Shown here: one piece after another, positions 49,606 to 60,334 of the stretch
Numbering within the stretch: the first letter of the stretch is position 1
Layout: every line of letters starts with the position of its first letter
Position numbers and translations under genes: made by a program
DNA from: Escherichia phage AnYang
Reading direction: 5' to 3' (one strand)
Length of the DNA stretch: 64,000 nt
Sequence record: MK234886
Notes under the pieces: generated by a model
What the model was told of the DNA's origin: nothing
Databases searched by the model: none
What the model saw: the letters and a program-made list of their open reading frames with translations, nothing else

Positions 49606-50358
49606 ATGGCTAATATAGTACGTTGTGAAATGCCTGATGGAGTCCACCGATTTAAACCTTTTACAGTAGCTGATTATCGTGATTTTATTTTGATTCGAAA
49701 TGACATGAATAATAAATCACCTGAAGAGCAAAAACAAATTTTAGATGAGTTACTGGAAGAATACTTCGGTGAATATCCTATGTCATGGCGCCCGTATATG
49801 TTCATTGAACTTTACACGTCATCACTCGGCAAGACCAAAATTCCTATCCGATACACTTGCAGTAAGTGTGAAAAGGATAGACAAGTTTTATTCAATTTGA
49901 AACAGGCCAAGTTAGATAATCCCACAATTGAAGTGGCAGGCTTGAAGCTAACATTCAAATTTCCGGAAATAGAATATCAAGACAAATCTGAATTGATTTT
50001 GAACACCCTCCAAACCGTAGAAGATGAAAACGGAAAATATAATTGGACTGACCTTTCTGAAGAAGACCAATTAGCCGTAATAGATGCTATAGACTTATCC
50101 ACTTTAGAGGATATAGTCAAACAAACCAGCCCTATTAATTTCGAACTCAAATACGGATGTTGTAATCGTAGAACGATTGCGTATACCGATATTTTAGAGG
50201 TGTTTAAGCTTATAGTCAATCCGGATGAGATATTTTTATTTTACCAAATAAACCATTTATTGGTAAAGAACAATTATTCATTAGAAAGCATTATGCAGAT
50301 GATTCCAATCGAACGCGGTATTGCTTTGTCTTTGGTTGAAAAGGACCTTAAGAAATGA
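49606..50358 (+). CDS. 51: gp51 baseplate hub assembly protein (ATG 49606; ORF track start 49555)
   Basis: AAGAGGA RBS before ATG 49606; 250 aa; Cys pairs CSKC and CC. Confidence 0.7.
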   Translation: MANIVRCEMPDGVHRFKPFTVADYRDFILIRNDMNNKSPEEQKQILDELLEEYFGEYPMSWRPYMFIELYTSSLGKTKIPIRYTCSKCEKDRQVLFNLKQAKLDNPTIEVAGLKLTFKFPEIEYQDKSELILNTLQTVEDENGKYNWTDLSEEDQLAVIDAIDLSTLEDIVKQTSPINFELKYGCCNRRTIAYTDILEVFKLIVNPDEIFLFYQINHLLVKNNYSLESIMQMIPIERGIALSLVEKDLKK

Positions 50359-51524
50359 GTTCAAAAACTATGCAACGTGAAGGTTTTCCTAATATTAGTA
50401 TACGCCTTTACGAAGATTATGACGCCTGGTTAGAGCATCGTTTTGTTGAACTAGGCGCGACATTTACCACTCTAACAATGCGAGATGGACTTTACGGTAG
50501 TAATGAAGGGTTGCTCCAGTTTTATGATGCAAAAAACCTTCATACTAAAATGGATGGCGAACAGATTATTCAAATTTCTGTTAAGAACGCTAACTCCGAG
50601 CGTACCCAATCAAGAATTTATGGAAGTAAACACTTTGCTGTAGGAGTGGATTCGAAGGGTGACAATATCATAACAATACAACTCGCCCCAATCCACTTTT
50701 TAGAAAATCTTAAATTCGGACGTATGTTCTTCCCTAGTGTTCAAGAAACATTAACAGAAATGATTGGTGTTATTTACCAAGACCGTCCACTTCTTGCACC
50801 TCCATTGAACGGAATAAACGTTTATGTTCCTAATGTTCCTTGGTGCGATTCAATGGACCGTTATATGGAATTTGTACGAGAAGTAGGTATGGCCGTTGAA
50901 TCTGATAAATTTGTATTTGTCTGGGAAGATATAGATGGTATTTCTATCATGGACTACGAATTTATGGTTAATCAAGAGCCAATTAATTTTGTGGTAGGTG
51001 AGCCACGTTTAATAGGCCAATACGTCCAAGATATGGACACTCCTATCGCATTTGATTTTGAATGGTTAACTAAAGCCAACCAGCATTCCAGAAAACCATA
51101 TGAAAACGCTACTGTATACGCCCACTCTTTCTTAGACAAAAATGCCACACGAATTACTTTTGGCGATGGGCAAAACAGTATATTGGTTTCTCGCTCCGGT
51201 GGATATTCTGATTATACCTACAGAAACGGATTTGAAGAAGCCGATAGATTAGTTACTATGGCCCAATACGATGGTTATGCCCATTGTAAGGTATACGGTA
51301 ACTTTGAACTAACTCCAGGCGATAAGATTAATTTCTATGACCCTAAAAACCAATTCCAATACGATTTTTATGTAGACGAAGTTATTCATGAAGTGAGTAA
51401 CAATACATCAATTACAAACCTTTATATGTTTACTAATGGTAAGCCTATTAAGATTGAAGAACCACCGAAGGTTAAAAATGAACTTAAAACTGATACTCCC
51501 GATCAAGAAAATAACGCTGGGTGA
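50355..51524 (+). CDS. 27: gp27 baseplate hub protein
   Basis: 389 aa, synteny. Confidence 0.8.
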   Translation: MSSKTMQREGFPNISIRLYEDYDAWLEHRFVELGATFTTLTMRDGLYGSNEGLLQFYDAKNLHTKMDGEQIIQISVKNANSERTQSRIYGSKHFAVGVDSKGDNIITIQLAPIHFLENLKFGRMFFPSVQETLTEMIGVIYQDRPLLAPPLNGINVYVPNVPWCDSMDRYMEFVREVGMAVESDKFVFVWEDIDGISIMDYEFMVNQEPINFVVGEPRLIGQYVQDMDTPIAFDFEWLTKANQHSRKPYENATVYAHSFLDKNATRITFGDGQNSILVSRSGGYSDYTYRNGFEEADRLVTMAQYDGYAHCKVYGNFELTPGDKINFYDPKNQFQYDFYVDEVIHEVSNNTSITNLYMFTNGKPIKIEEPPKVKNELKTDTPDQENNAG

Positions 51525-52005
51525 CAAAGAGATTTCTATTCCTAAATTGGGTCTTAAACACCAGAAATTGGTTAAAGATGAAAAGGACCCTTACAAGGCT
51601 CTTCACATATTAATGAATTCCATTTATAAAGGTTTATCCGCGGCAGAGACCGATTTTGCCGCTCTCCACCTTTTAGAATTCAATGGAAGATTAAAAAGTA
51701 AAGTAACCAAAGACGGGTTTACTTATAACCTAAATGACCTTTATATCTGCCAGCGACTTGAATTCCAATTCCAAGGTAAAACGTTTAAATTTAAATCACA
51801 CGAACCATTTCAAACATTTGGACCTGTTGATAGTGTATTACAATCTCTTTACCTTGGTGATGATGTACCAGATTTTCTGGATATGCCTGCCTTTGTTGCT
51901 ACATGGGCCGACGATATAACTTCTACCATAGCTATCCCTGGTCCTAATGGTCCTATCAAAGGATTGCTTAAAATCATGGATATCTTAAATGAAGAACGAA
52001 TCTAA
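51478..52005 (+). CDS. 28: gp28 baseplate hub distal subunit (ATG 51478; ORF track start 51436)
   Basis: 175 aa from ATG 51478 with GAAGG RBS. Confidence 0.75.
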   Translation: MNLKLILPIKKITLGDKEISIPKLGLKHQKLVKDEKDPYKALHILMNSIYKGLSAAETDFAALHLLEFNGRLKSKVTKDGFTYNLNDLYICQRLEFQFQGKTFKFKSHEPFQTFGPVDSVLQSLYLGDDVPDFLDMPAFVATWADDITSTIAIPGPNGPIKGLLKIMDILNEERI

Positions 52006-53725
52006 TCAGAATAGTTTTCGTCGCAATAAACTGATTGAAGAAATGGCTCCTCAGCGTCGTGCTGAGGCGCTAGCCCAAACTCAGAACGACGAATTAGGAA
52101 ATATATCAGATGTTTTATCCGATTCCCAGGCGGCGTCTGAATTGCTCTCTGAAGTGGTTGAGACAAAGTCTAATCAGATTATTAGTTCTGTAGACCGAGT
52201 AGATAAAAGCGTCCAAGATGTTGTCGCTGGAACAGAATTAACAGCCGAAGCCATATCAGAACAAACCCAACAATCTAAAGCTCTTTCGGATGCATTAAAC
52301 GAAAAGATTAGTAAGCTTTCTAATATGTTGGAGGCTAAATTTTCTGGTATTTCTATTCCACCGGAAGGGAGTTCATTAAAGGTTATTGAAGACTCTATTC
52401 CGGAAGAACCCAAGGCTGAAACTCCTAAAGTTCCTGCTGTTATTGAAGATATTCTCCCTCCGGAAGACAATAAACCTGACGCTGAATTTGTGCCTGAGCC
52501 TCCTAAAAATTCGGATGAAGGTAAAGAAGGTGATAAGTCTTCTCTTTCTGATAAAATTGAAGCCCTTACTAAAATAACTGAAAAGGGATTTAAAGCTTCC
52601 GTAAGTGTCGCTGATAGAATTTCAGGTATGCTTTTTAAGTATACTGTTACCGCTGCTGCTGAAGCTGCTAAACTCGCCGCAGGTTTAGTCCTTTTAATAT
52701 TTGGTATAGATGCCATTCGTGTATACTTCCAATATTTCATGGACCAATTCGAGTCAGGGTGGAAAGAATTTAACGATAAGTTTAAAGAGTGGGGACCTGT
52801 ACTTGAAGGATTAATGACATGGGCCAAGAATGCCGAAGCTATGTTTAGTGAAGGGAACTGGTTAGGTCTGGCCGAAGCCATTATTCGCGGTATGGTTAAT
52901 CTTACTAAAAATATGGCCCAGCTTTTAATGCTCGGTATTTCTAAGTTGATTTCTGCTATTTTAAGTAAAATACCTGGTATGGGTGAGTTGGCTGAAAACG
53001 TAGAGGCTTCCGCTTTAATGTCGTATCAACAAAATACCGGAGCCACTTTAGATGACGAAGACCAAACTAAAGTGGCCAAGTACCATGATAGACGTTCTGC
53101 TGAGGCTTTAGAAACAGCCGAGAAAATGAATAAGAAGTATAAGGGTAAACCTGAGCTTATAAACCAGGCAGAGAAATACGGTAATCTTACTAAAGAACAG
53201 GCTGACCAATTACGCGCGGGTGGAATTGACACAAGCTTCCGTGACCTCCCTGAAGAAGAACGTTTAGAGTATTTCAAGAAACGTGATAAAGCCCAGGCCG
53301 ATATTATTCGTTTGACCCAAACTGCCGATAATATAATGAAGCCTGATTCTAAAGATATCGAAAATGCTAAAGCATATAAAGCTGATATCGAGAAACAATT
53401 GGCTGACCCTATTATGGCTAAAGGTGGAGCACCGAAGGACCTTAATATCCAGCAATTACTTGATAAGATGAATAAATCTTTAGAGAAATTTAACGAAGCT
53501 GAAAAGCCTAAACCTGCTTCTGTAGCTGAATCCCCTGAAAATACCCAGGTTAAAAAGGTTGATGAGCAAATGAGAGCAAAGGAAAATGCTAAATATAGTC
53601 AGCAGGCTCCAACACAAATAAATCAGCAAACGAATATCAAGAAAACGAGTAAGACTAGTTATAATTTACCTCCACAGTCTTCTACTCCGGCTCCTGGTAT
53701 GCGTCAAGCTACTAAAGTTAATTAG
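51989..53725 (+). CDS. 29: gp29 tail tape measure / hub protein
   Basis: 578 aa, synteny. Confidence 0.8.
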   Translation: MKNESNQNSFRRNKLIEEMAPQRRAEALAQTQNDELGNISDVLSDSQAASELLSEVVETKSNQIISSVDRVDKSVQDVVAGTELTAEAISEQTQQSKALSDALNEKISKLSNMLEAKFSGISIPPEGSSLKVIEDSIPEEPKAETPKVPAVIEDILPPEDNKPDAEFVPEPPKNSDEGKEGDKSSLSDKIEALTKITEKGFKASVSVADRISGMLFKYTVTAAAEAAKLAAGLVLLIFGIDAIRVYFQYFMDQFESGWKEFNDKFKEWGPVLEGLMTWAKNAEAMFSEGNWLGLAEAIIRGMVNLTKNMAQLLMLGISKLISAILSKIPGMGELAENVEASALMSYQQNTGATLDDEDQTKVAKYHDRRSAEALETAEKMNKKYKGKPELINQAEKYGNLTKEQADQLRAGGIDTSFRDLPEEERLEYFKKRDKAQADIIRLTQTADNIMKPDSKDIENAKAYKADIEKQLADPIMAKGGAPKDLNIQQLLDKMNKSLEKFNEAEKPKPASVAESPENTQVKKVDEQMRAKENAKYSQQAPTQINQQTNIKKTSKTSYNLPPQSSTPAPGMRQATKVN

Positions 53726-53733
53726 GATTAATA

Positions 53734-54822
53734 ATGAAAGCAAAAGAACTTGACTTTGATGTAGCCTCCTTGTTTAAAGGAGGTTCAAAGACCTCCGCCG
53801 GGCAGTCTAAAGCTAAACCGATCCAAACTACAGTAACGGCCCAATACCCGGCAGAAAGGGCCTCCGGCAATGACACCTCTACAGATATGGTGTTAAGCGA
53901 TTTATATAAAAATGGCTTACTTTTTACGGCATATAATTTTAGCTCTCGTGTATCACCTGATTTGCGTAATGACCGATCAAGTCAAATGACTAAAAAGTTT
54001 TCAAAAGCCTCTAGTAAACTTACTGGTAATACCGGAGGATTCAGCGCGGTTAAAAACTTGTTCAGTAATAACTCTAAAGGAGTAAAATTTGACAACCAAG
54101 CTTTGGCAAATATTTTACTCCCACGTTCTAAATCTGACGTAGATTCGGTATCGCATAAATTTAATGATGTCGGTGAATCATTAATTACTAAAGGTGGTGG
54201 TACTGCTACAGGTATTTTAAGTAACATTGCAAGTACTGCTGTATTTGGTGCATTGGAATCTGTAACTAACGGCGTAATGGCTGATTCAGGTGAACAGATA
54301 TACACCACCGCCCGTAGTATGTACGCCGGCCCGGATAACCGTACTAAGGTATTCACTTGGGAAATGACTCCACGAAACGCTCAAGACCTTATCCAGATTA
54401 TTAAAATATACGAAATCTTTAATTACTATTCTTATGGTGAAACCGGCAACTCAGCCTTCGCTGGTGAATTAAAAGAGAAGATTGATACTTGGTATCGTTC
54501 TACGTTTAAAAAAGAAGCTATTGACAAGTTTGACGGTAAGCTATTAGTGGAAAGTATTACAAGCTTCCTTTCTAATGTTATTGTGGTAAGTAACCCGACC
54601 ATTTGGTATATCCGAAACTTTGGCGATAGCAGTTCATATGATGGTCGTGAAGATATTTTTGGCCCATGCCAAATCCAGAGTATACGATTTGATAAAACTC
54701 CGGACGGGCATTTTAACGGATTGGCTATTGCTCCTAACTTACCATCTACATTTAGTTTAGAAGTTACTTTCCGTGAAATCATTACTTTAAACCGTGGCTC
54801 ACTTTATACGGAAGGATTCTAA
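53734..54822 (+). CDS. 48: gp48 baseplate-tail tube junction protein
   Basis: 362 aa, synteny. Confidence 0.8.
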   Translation: MKAKELDFDVASLFKGGSKTSAGQSKAKPIQTTVTAQYPAERASGNDTSTDMVLSDLYKNGLLFTAYNFSSRVSPDLRNDRSSQMTKKFSKASSKLTGNTGGFSAVKNLFSNNSKGVKFDNQALANILLPRSKSDVDSVSHKFNDVGESLITKGGGTATGILSNIASTAVFGALESVTNGVMADSGEQIYTTARSMYAGPDNRTKVFTWEMTPRNAQDLIQIIKIYEIFNYYSYGETGNSAFAGELKEKIDTWYRSTFKKEAIDKFDGKLLVESITSFLSNVIVVSNPTIWYIRNFGDSSSYDGREDIFGPCQIQSIRFDKTPDGHFNGLAIAPNLPSTFSLEVTFREIITLNRGSLYTEGF

Positions 54823-55775
54823 TGTATACTTTACAAGAATTTCAGAATCAGGCAATTAATATTGACCTACAAAGGAATAACCTGTTTAGTGTAGTATTTG
54901 CTACAGTTCCTTCTTCTAAATCTCAAGCGCTCCTCGACCAGTTCGGTGGAGCTTTATTTAACAATATCCCATTGAATACCGATTTGTTTGGTATTACACA
55001 AGGAGAGTTGACCCAAGGTGTTACGACATTAGTGACAGCGGGCACTCAGAAGTTGATTCGTAAGTCAGGCATAAGTAAATATCTGATTGGAGCTATGTCA
55101 TCCAGGGTTGTGCAGAGCTTACTAGGAGAGTTTGAAGTAGGTACATATCTGATGGATTTTTTCAATATGGCTTATCCTACCGCAGGTCTTTTAGTCCACG
55201 CTGTTAAAATCCCGGATAATACTTTGAATTATGAAATGGATTTGAACCACAACTCGCCTAATATCAAAATTACCGGAAGAGAATATTCTCCTCTGGTATT
55301 AAGCTTCCGTATGGATTCTGAAGCTGCTAACTACCGTGCTTTTAATGATTGGGTCAATAGTGTTCAAGACCCTATCACACAATTAAGAGCATTACCTGAG
55401 GATGTTGAAGCTGACATTCAAGTCAACCTTCATTCTCGTAATGGATTACCCCATACAGTAGTAATGCTTAACGGGTGTGTTCCTGTGGGTGTTTCATCGC
55501 CTGAATTATCTTATGATGGCGATAACCAAATTGCTTCGTTTGATGTTACATTTGCTTATAGAAGTGTGCAGACGGGTGCAGTTGGTAAACAGGCTGCTTA
55601 TGAATGGCTGGAAGATAAAGTCCTTAAAGGAGTGGCGGGTATAAGTGAGAGTAATTCATTGAGTTCTTCAGTAGCTAAATTAAGCCGACTTTCAGGAGCT
55701 TCTAGTGGATTGACTGGATTGGTTAATACATTTGGTGGGCGTGCTATTAATAATGGAATATCGAGGTTGTTATAA
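54822..55775 (+). CDS. 54: gp54 baseplate tail tube initiator
   Basis: 317 aa, synteny, TAATG coupling. Confidence 0.8.
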   Translation: MYTLQEFQNQAINIDLQRNNLFSVVFATVPSSKSQALLDQFGGALFNNIPLNTDLFGITQGELTQGVTTLVTAGTQKLIRKSGISKYLIGAMSSRVVQSLLGEFEVGTYLMDFFNMAYPTAGLLVHAVKIPDNTLNYEMDLNHNSPNIKITGREYSPLVLSFRMDSEAANYRAFNDWVNSVQDPITQLRALPEDVEADIQVNLHSRNGLPHTVVMLNGCVPVGVSSPELSYDGDNQIASFDVTFAYRSVQTGAVGKQAAYEWLEDKVLKGVAGISESNSLSSSVAKLSRLSGASSGLTGLVNTFGGRAINNGISRLL

Positions 55776-55782
55776 CAAAAAA

Positions 55783-55800
55783 GGAGAGCGTATGCTCTCC
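55783..55800. terminator. bidirectional hairpin GGAGAGC-GUAU-GCUCUCC flanked by A6 and U-run
   Basis: between convergent gene 54 and minus-strand early ORF. Confidence 0.55.
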
Positions 55801-55810
55801 TTTAGGGGGT

Positions 55811-56101
55811 TTATTTACGGAACGAAATGAAACCTGCAGCAGTCATTAATGGTTGCTTTTTAACAAATACCGTAACTGAAATAGGAGCTTCGGATTCAAG
55901 CTGACCGGTCACTACACCATTAAAAATGTTTTCGGTTTGTTCCGGCTGAGAAAAGTTCTCAACAGGTCGGATATCAAATTGCTTATCTTCACCGAAAACT
56001 CGACGCAATTCATTACCAACTGCACTGTCAAACTCTTCGGAAGCAGGGATAACGTTTTCAACTACCAGTTCTTGACCGTTAAAGCGGAATGCAGATTTCA
56101 T
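55811..56101 (-). CDS. hypothetical protein (96 aa)
   Basis: ORF track; GAGGAG RBS; early promoter upstream. Confidence 0.5.
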   Translation of the reverse strand: MKSAFRFNGQELVVENVIPASEEFDSAVGNELRRVFGEDKQFDIRPVENFSQPEQTENIFNGVVTGQLESEAPISVTVFVKKQPLMTAAGFISFRK

Positions 56102-56129
56102 AATGTTCTCCTCATGTTTGTGTAAGGTA

Positions 56130-56158
56130 ATAGTACCACATCCTTGTGGTGTTGTAAA
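56130..56158 (-). promoter_or_regulatory. early promoter TTTACA-N17-TACTAT; -10/leader/RBS near-identical to 387-422
   Basis: plus-strand text ATGTTCTCCTCATGTTTGTGTARGGTAATAGTA shared with the 390-422 region. Confidence 0.5.
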
Positions 56159-58282
56159 CTACATTTTGAATTTATTTGGTAGAGCAGAGATATCCAAAGA
56201 TGCCGCTAAGATTTCCATAGCCTCGTTGCTTTCAGAAACAGATTCACTAACCAAGAACTGTTTAAAGCCATCCATCGGACGAACTTCACCGGTTTCCATC
56301 AAATGGTCGCCATCGTAAACAGATTCACTGAGCTCTGAAGGAGACATCACTGTAGCTTCCATAAGGTATTTGTGAGATACCCTATCATTCATAGCAAAAG
56401 CCGCTACTTTATCGACCTTCATCAATAATCCGCGCGGAAGGATAATTTCTGCTTCTTCAGCGTATTCTGTAAGGTCACCTGGAGCGATAACTTTAACTGC
56501 TTCAGCACCTCGAATAACCATACCAATTTCAGCAATTCTATCCGCAGGGCCTTCAGGTGCAATTGGATTACCAAACTCGTCTTCTTCCCATTCTACCTCT
56601 TCGTCATCGACTTCACCCACATCAGATGAACTACCACTAGCCAATTTAAACAACTCATCAGCGGAGGATAAAGAACCTTCACCACCAACAAAAACGGCTT
56701 GGTTGTCGAGGGCCATATAATTTTTACCGAATTCACCAAAGATGTTAGGTTTTAGTGAGGCAGATACAAAGTTCTTAAAGTAAAATGTTTTGTTATCAAT
56801 ATTATGGCGCAGAATTTTGTATGGCAAATCCTGACCACGATACAAAATAGTACCCTTAGGAAGTTTAATACCCTTAGTAAATGCTGAGTCTAAATCCTTA
56901 ATCAATTTAATAGCCGTTGTATTGTTTTCGGATTCAGGTTTACCTAAAAGGAATAAGTTCATAGGAGCATATTCAGCAGCGCAATATTCAATAATAGCAT
57001 TGCTTTCATCTTTGGTTAGGTCCTTAGGTTTAATGAGCTCACCTGAATAAGCATATGCATCACTAATAGAATCGTTAATTAGTTTATAAACGGCTTCCAT
57101 AGCGAAAGCAATTCGGGATGCTTTCTCTGAAGGGGAGCCTTTAAAACGGGTACTCAGGTTATTAACAATTTTCTTAATAATATCCAGACTATTGGTTGTA
57201 TTGATTTGCGAAAGGCCGCTTAAAAGTCTATCGACTTCTGTATTAAAAAATGCCATATTTTTAGAGTAAATTTCAAACCCTTGTTTATCTCTATTAGCAT
57301 AATTTAGTTTAAATTTACTATCAGTCATTAAAGCGTGCGTGAGAGCAATGGTGTATCTAAAGTTGGCAAGGTCCTCGCTCTTAGATTTAAACTGAGAAGC
57401 CTGGCGCATTTTGGTAATAGCACCTTTTTTAAAGTTCTGACTAATCTGCTCAATACCTTCGTTCTCAGGGCCTTCGGCAGTGTGAACCGGCACAGAAGCT
57501 TCAAACTCATTATAAACCTGCAATTCTTTAGGGGACAAAGTTTCAGGCTCAGCAGTAGAATACTGTGCGGCTGCTGCCATACGACGGGAAATCTTAGTAC
57601 GAGTAATAACAGCCTTATCAGTACGTTTCTCTTCAACCTTAGCAATACTTGCCGAGACGGCTTCGACCTTACTTACAGACTGACCTGTTTTCTTGGATAC
57701 ATAAACTTCGCCGACTTTAGAATCGACTTTGGTATAAAGGTCAGCATCAATTTCGGGCATACCTTTGATATCTTCAATATTAGTACCACGACGTACTAAA
57801 AGAACGTAGGTATGTTTACCACTGAATTGGAACATATCATCGACAACTTTAAACTTACCACCGGTACGGGCCATCGCCAAACGTGCCAATACCCGCTGAA
57901 CAGTAGGGCCTTTACCTTTCATTTTCTTGGTAGGAAAACGGAATAAAACCGCATCCATTTTAAGTTTGTTTACTTGTTCGTATGCAGTATCAAAAATGGT
58001 ATTCAGCGTACCGAGTGGATCGGTACCCAAACCACCTTTGAGTTCTGCCGGAGCGCCTTTAGCAGACAAACTCATTAAGATGACATGGACGTACTTATCG
58101 CCTGGCTTAACCATTTTAATAGCATCGCCTTCAGACGCGTATGAAACCATACGCGCCACTAAATTGTCATTACCAGGAGCATGAACCGCAAAAATCTGCG
58201 GTATGCCCGAGCCAGGTTTAAGATTTGTTACTGGGTAATTTTTTTTATCACTTTTATCAAAAACTTCGTTTAAATTTTCCAT
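56159..58282 (-). CDS. Alt-like ADP-ribosyltransferase paralog 1 (707 aa)
   Basis: N-terminal about 220 aa near-identical to paralog 2; C-terminal R-S-E motifs LYRGQ, FVSASL, EAEIILPRG. Confidence 0.85.
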   Translation of the reverse strand: MENLNEVFDKSDKKNYPVTNLKPGSGIPQIFAVHAPGNDNLVARMVSYASEGDAIKMVKPGDKYVHVILMSLSAKGAPAELKGGLGTDPLGTLNTIFDTAYEQVNKLKMDAVLFRFPTKKMKGKGPTVQRVLARLAMARTGGKFKVVDDMFQFSGKHTYVLLVRRGTNIEDIKGMPEIDADLYTKVDSKVGEVYVSKKTGQSVSKVEAVSASIAKVEEKRTDKAVITRTKISRRMAAAAQYSTAEPETLSPKELQVYNEFEASVPVHTAEGPENEGIEQISQNFKKGAITKMRQASQFKSKSEDLANFRYTIALTHALMTDSKFKLNYANRDKQGFEIYSKNMAFFNTEVDRLLSGLSQINTTNSLDIIKKIVNNLSTRFKGSPSEKASRIAFAMEAVYKLINDSISDAYAYSGELIKPKDLTKDESNAIIEYCAAEYAPMNLFLLGKPESENNTTAIKLIKDLDSAFTKGIKLPKGTILYRGQDLPYKILRHNIDNKTFYFKNFVSASLKPNIFGEFGKNYMALDNQAVFVGGEGSLSSADELFKLASGSSSDVGEVDDEEVEWEEDEFGNPIAPEGPADRIAEIGMVIRGAEAVKVIAPGDLTEYAEEAEIILPRGLLMKVDKVAAFAMNDRVSHKYLMEATVMSPSELSESVYDGDHLMETGEVRPMDGFKQFLVSESVSESNEAMEILAASLDISALPNKFKM

Positions 58283-58285
58283 TAT

Positions 58286-60331
58286 TTACCCTTGGATGAA
58301 TTTTTCTGGGATTTCGTCAAAATTAATACATGAAGCTAAAATAGGCATTATATCCACTTTGGTCGATTTGACAAATGAATCAAAAGACACAGGGTTGTCG
58401 GTCTCTGTTTCTACACCTTGGTAAACAACCAATTCGCCTGTTTCCATCAATGCATCACCATCATAGATAACCGCATTTTCTGCTAGTTGGTCTGTGGTCT
58501 GGATATCTGCTTCCAATAATTTGGTGTTGTAGTTTCCTTTATATGAAGCATCAGTAATTTTAGTAATCTTAACTGTAGTTCCACGTGGAAGAATAACCTC
58601 TTGTTCTGTTGGAGAACCTGACAATTCACCAGGCATAATTACGTTAATAGAGTCTGCACCAGAAATTTTCCAGCCGATGTTCATCATTGTATTTTCGGAA
58701 CTCGTCAGCATACTTGGAAGAACAATTTCATTATCGCCTTGGAAAGATGTCCCAGCGCGATAGTCTTGATGTACTGCTGCCATTGCGACGTTTGATACCC
58801 AGCCGCCAAAGATAATCGGCTTAAGGGACGTTGATACATAGTTCCTGAAATAAAACAATTTTGAGTGCTTGATTTTATCAAAAGTGTTAACATTTAAATA
58901 TTGGCCACGCCAAAGTGTAATATCAGGTGGCAATTTATGACCAATTTCAAATGCCGCATCCATATCATTAATTACTTCAATTACACGCTGACTATCAATG
59001 AATTCTGCATCCTCTTCATAATAATTACCCAACAAATAATTATTAACATCGGTATAATATTGGCCGCAATAAGAAGAAATAGCCTCACGCTGCTCATACT
59101 CAAATCGATTATCGCTATAACCTGCTGTAAAATGCATAAGACTTTCTGATGCTTCATTAGCAAAGTCGGTAACAGCAGCACTTATACGTTGAGCATACTC
59201 TTGTTCCCAAAGCTCTGCTGCATATTCTGACGCATCCATATTAGGAGGGGCCTCATTCATTTTTCTTTCGATAAATGCAGCTTTGCGAAGGTTAAGAATC
59301 TCTGCACATGATTCGGCAAAAATCTGCATCTGCTTCATACTGCCGACAGGAGCACGTTTAAGTTCACGATGCATACGGTTAAAAATTGGGTCAGAGTCTT
59401 CGACTCGAATTTCTTCTTTCCAAACACCATTTGCTCGCATAGCCGTATCTGCCGCGCGCATACGGTCCATAGTATTCGTTTCAGAAGGTCGAACAAAAAT
59501 TTCCAGTTCTTCATAATCATCGATAAGTTCTGCCGTAGCCGGTCGACTAAACTTAGCAGCTTCTGCATCAATTTCGTCCCAACCTTCCGGAACTTCATCT
59601 CGAGGAGAATATTGGGCTGCGGCTACAGCACGCCTAGAAATCTTGGTAGTAGTAATGACAGCCTTATCAGTACGTTTTTCTTCGACTGCCGCTATACTAG
59701 CAGATAGTGCTTCTATTTTGGTTACTGATTGGCCTGTTTTCTTAGAAACATAAACCTCACCAACTTTAGAATCGACTTTAGTATAAAGGTCAGCATCAAT
59801 TTCGGGCATACCTTTTATGTCCTCAATATTAGCTTGTTTACGAACCAGTAAAACATATGTATGTTTGCCTGTAAATTGATACAGGCCATCAACAACTTTA
59901 AACTTACCGCCAGTACGAGCCATAGCCAAACGAGCTAATACGCGCTGAATAGTGGGACCCTTACCTTTCATTTTCTTAGTAGGGAAACGGAAAAGAACTG
60001 CATCCATTTTAAGTTTATTTACTTGTTCATATACCGTATCGAAAATGGTATTCAATGTACCAAGTGGGTCAGAACCTAACCCACCTTTCAACTCGGCTGG
60101 GGTACCCTTAGCAGACAAACTCATCAAAATAACATGAACATATTTGTCGCCCGGCTTAACCATTTTAATAGCGTCTCCTTGAGACGCATAAGATACCATA
60201 CGAGCGACCAAGTTATCATTACCTGGTGCTTGGATAGAGAAAATCTGTGGAATACCGGAACCTGGTTTAAGATTTATTACTGGATAGTTTTTAGCGGAAT
60301 CACTATCAAAAACTTCGTTTAAATTTTCCAT
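58286..60331 (-). CDS. Alt-like ADP-ribosyltransferase paralog 2 (681 aa)
   Basis: motifs LWRGQ, YVSTSL, EQEVILPRG; 3 nt from paralog 1 start. Confidence 0.85.
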   Translation of the reverse strand: MENLNEVFDSDSAKNYPVINLKPGSGIPQIFSIQAPGNDNLVARMVSYASQGDAIKMVKPGDKYVHVILMSLSAKGTPAELKGGLGSDPLGTLNTIFDTVYEQVNKLKMDAVLFRFPTKKMKGKGPTIQRVLARLAMARTGGKFKVVDGLYQFTGKHTYVLLVRKQANIEDIKGMPEIDADLYTKVDSKVGEVYVSKKTGQSVTKIEALSASIAAVEEKRTDKAVITTTKISRRAVAAAQYSPRDEVPEGWDEIDAEAAKFSRPATAELIDDYEELEIFVRPSETNTMDRMRAADTAMRANGVWKEEIRVEDSDPIFNRMHRELKRAPVGSMKQMQIFAESCAEILNLRKAAFIERKMNEAPPNMDASEYAAELWEQEYAQRISAAVTDFANEASESLMHFTAGYSDNRFEYEQREAISSYCGQYYTDVNNYLLGNYYEEDAEFIDSQRVIEVINDMDAAFEIGHKLPPDITLWRGQYLNVNTFDKIKHSKLFYFRNYVSTSLKPIIFGGWVSNVAMAAVHQDYRAGTSFQGDNEIVLPSMLTSSENTMMNIGWKISGADSINVIMPGELSGSPTEQEVILPRGTTVKITKITDASYKGNYNTKLLEADIQTTDQLAENAVIYDGDALMETGELVVYQGVETETDNPVSFDSFVKSTKVDIMPILASCINFDEIPEKFIQG

Positions 60332-60334
60332 TAT

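Noticed and set aside
52174-52881. 235 aa minus-strand ORF inside gene 29
   Set aside because: Antisense shadow ORF with Ser/Ala-rich low-complexity translation.
57927-58184. Repeated plus-strand ORFs (also 59952-60137 and 62070-62285) with near-identical translations
   Set aside because: Antisense to the conserved N-terminal region of the three alt paralogs; they are evidence of the DNA repeat, not genes.
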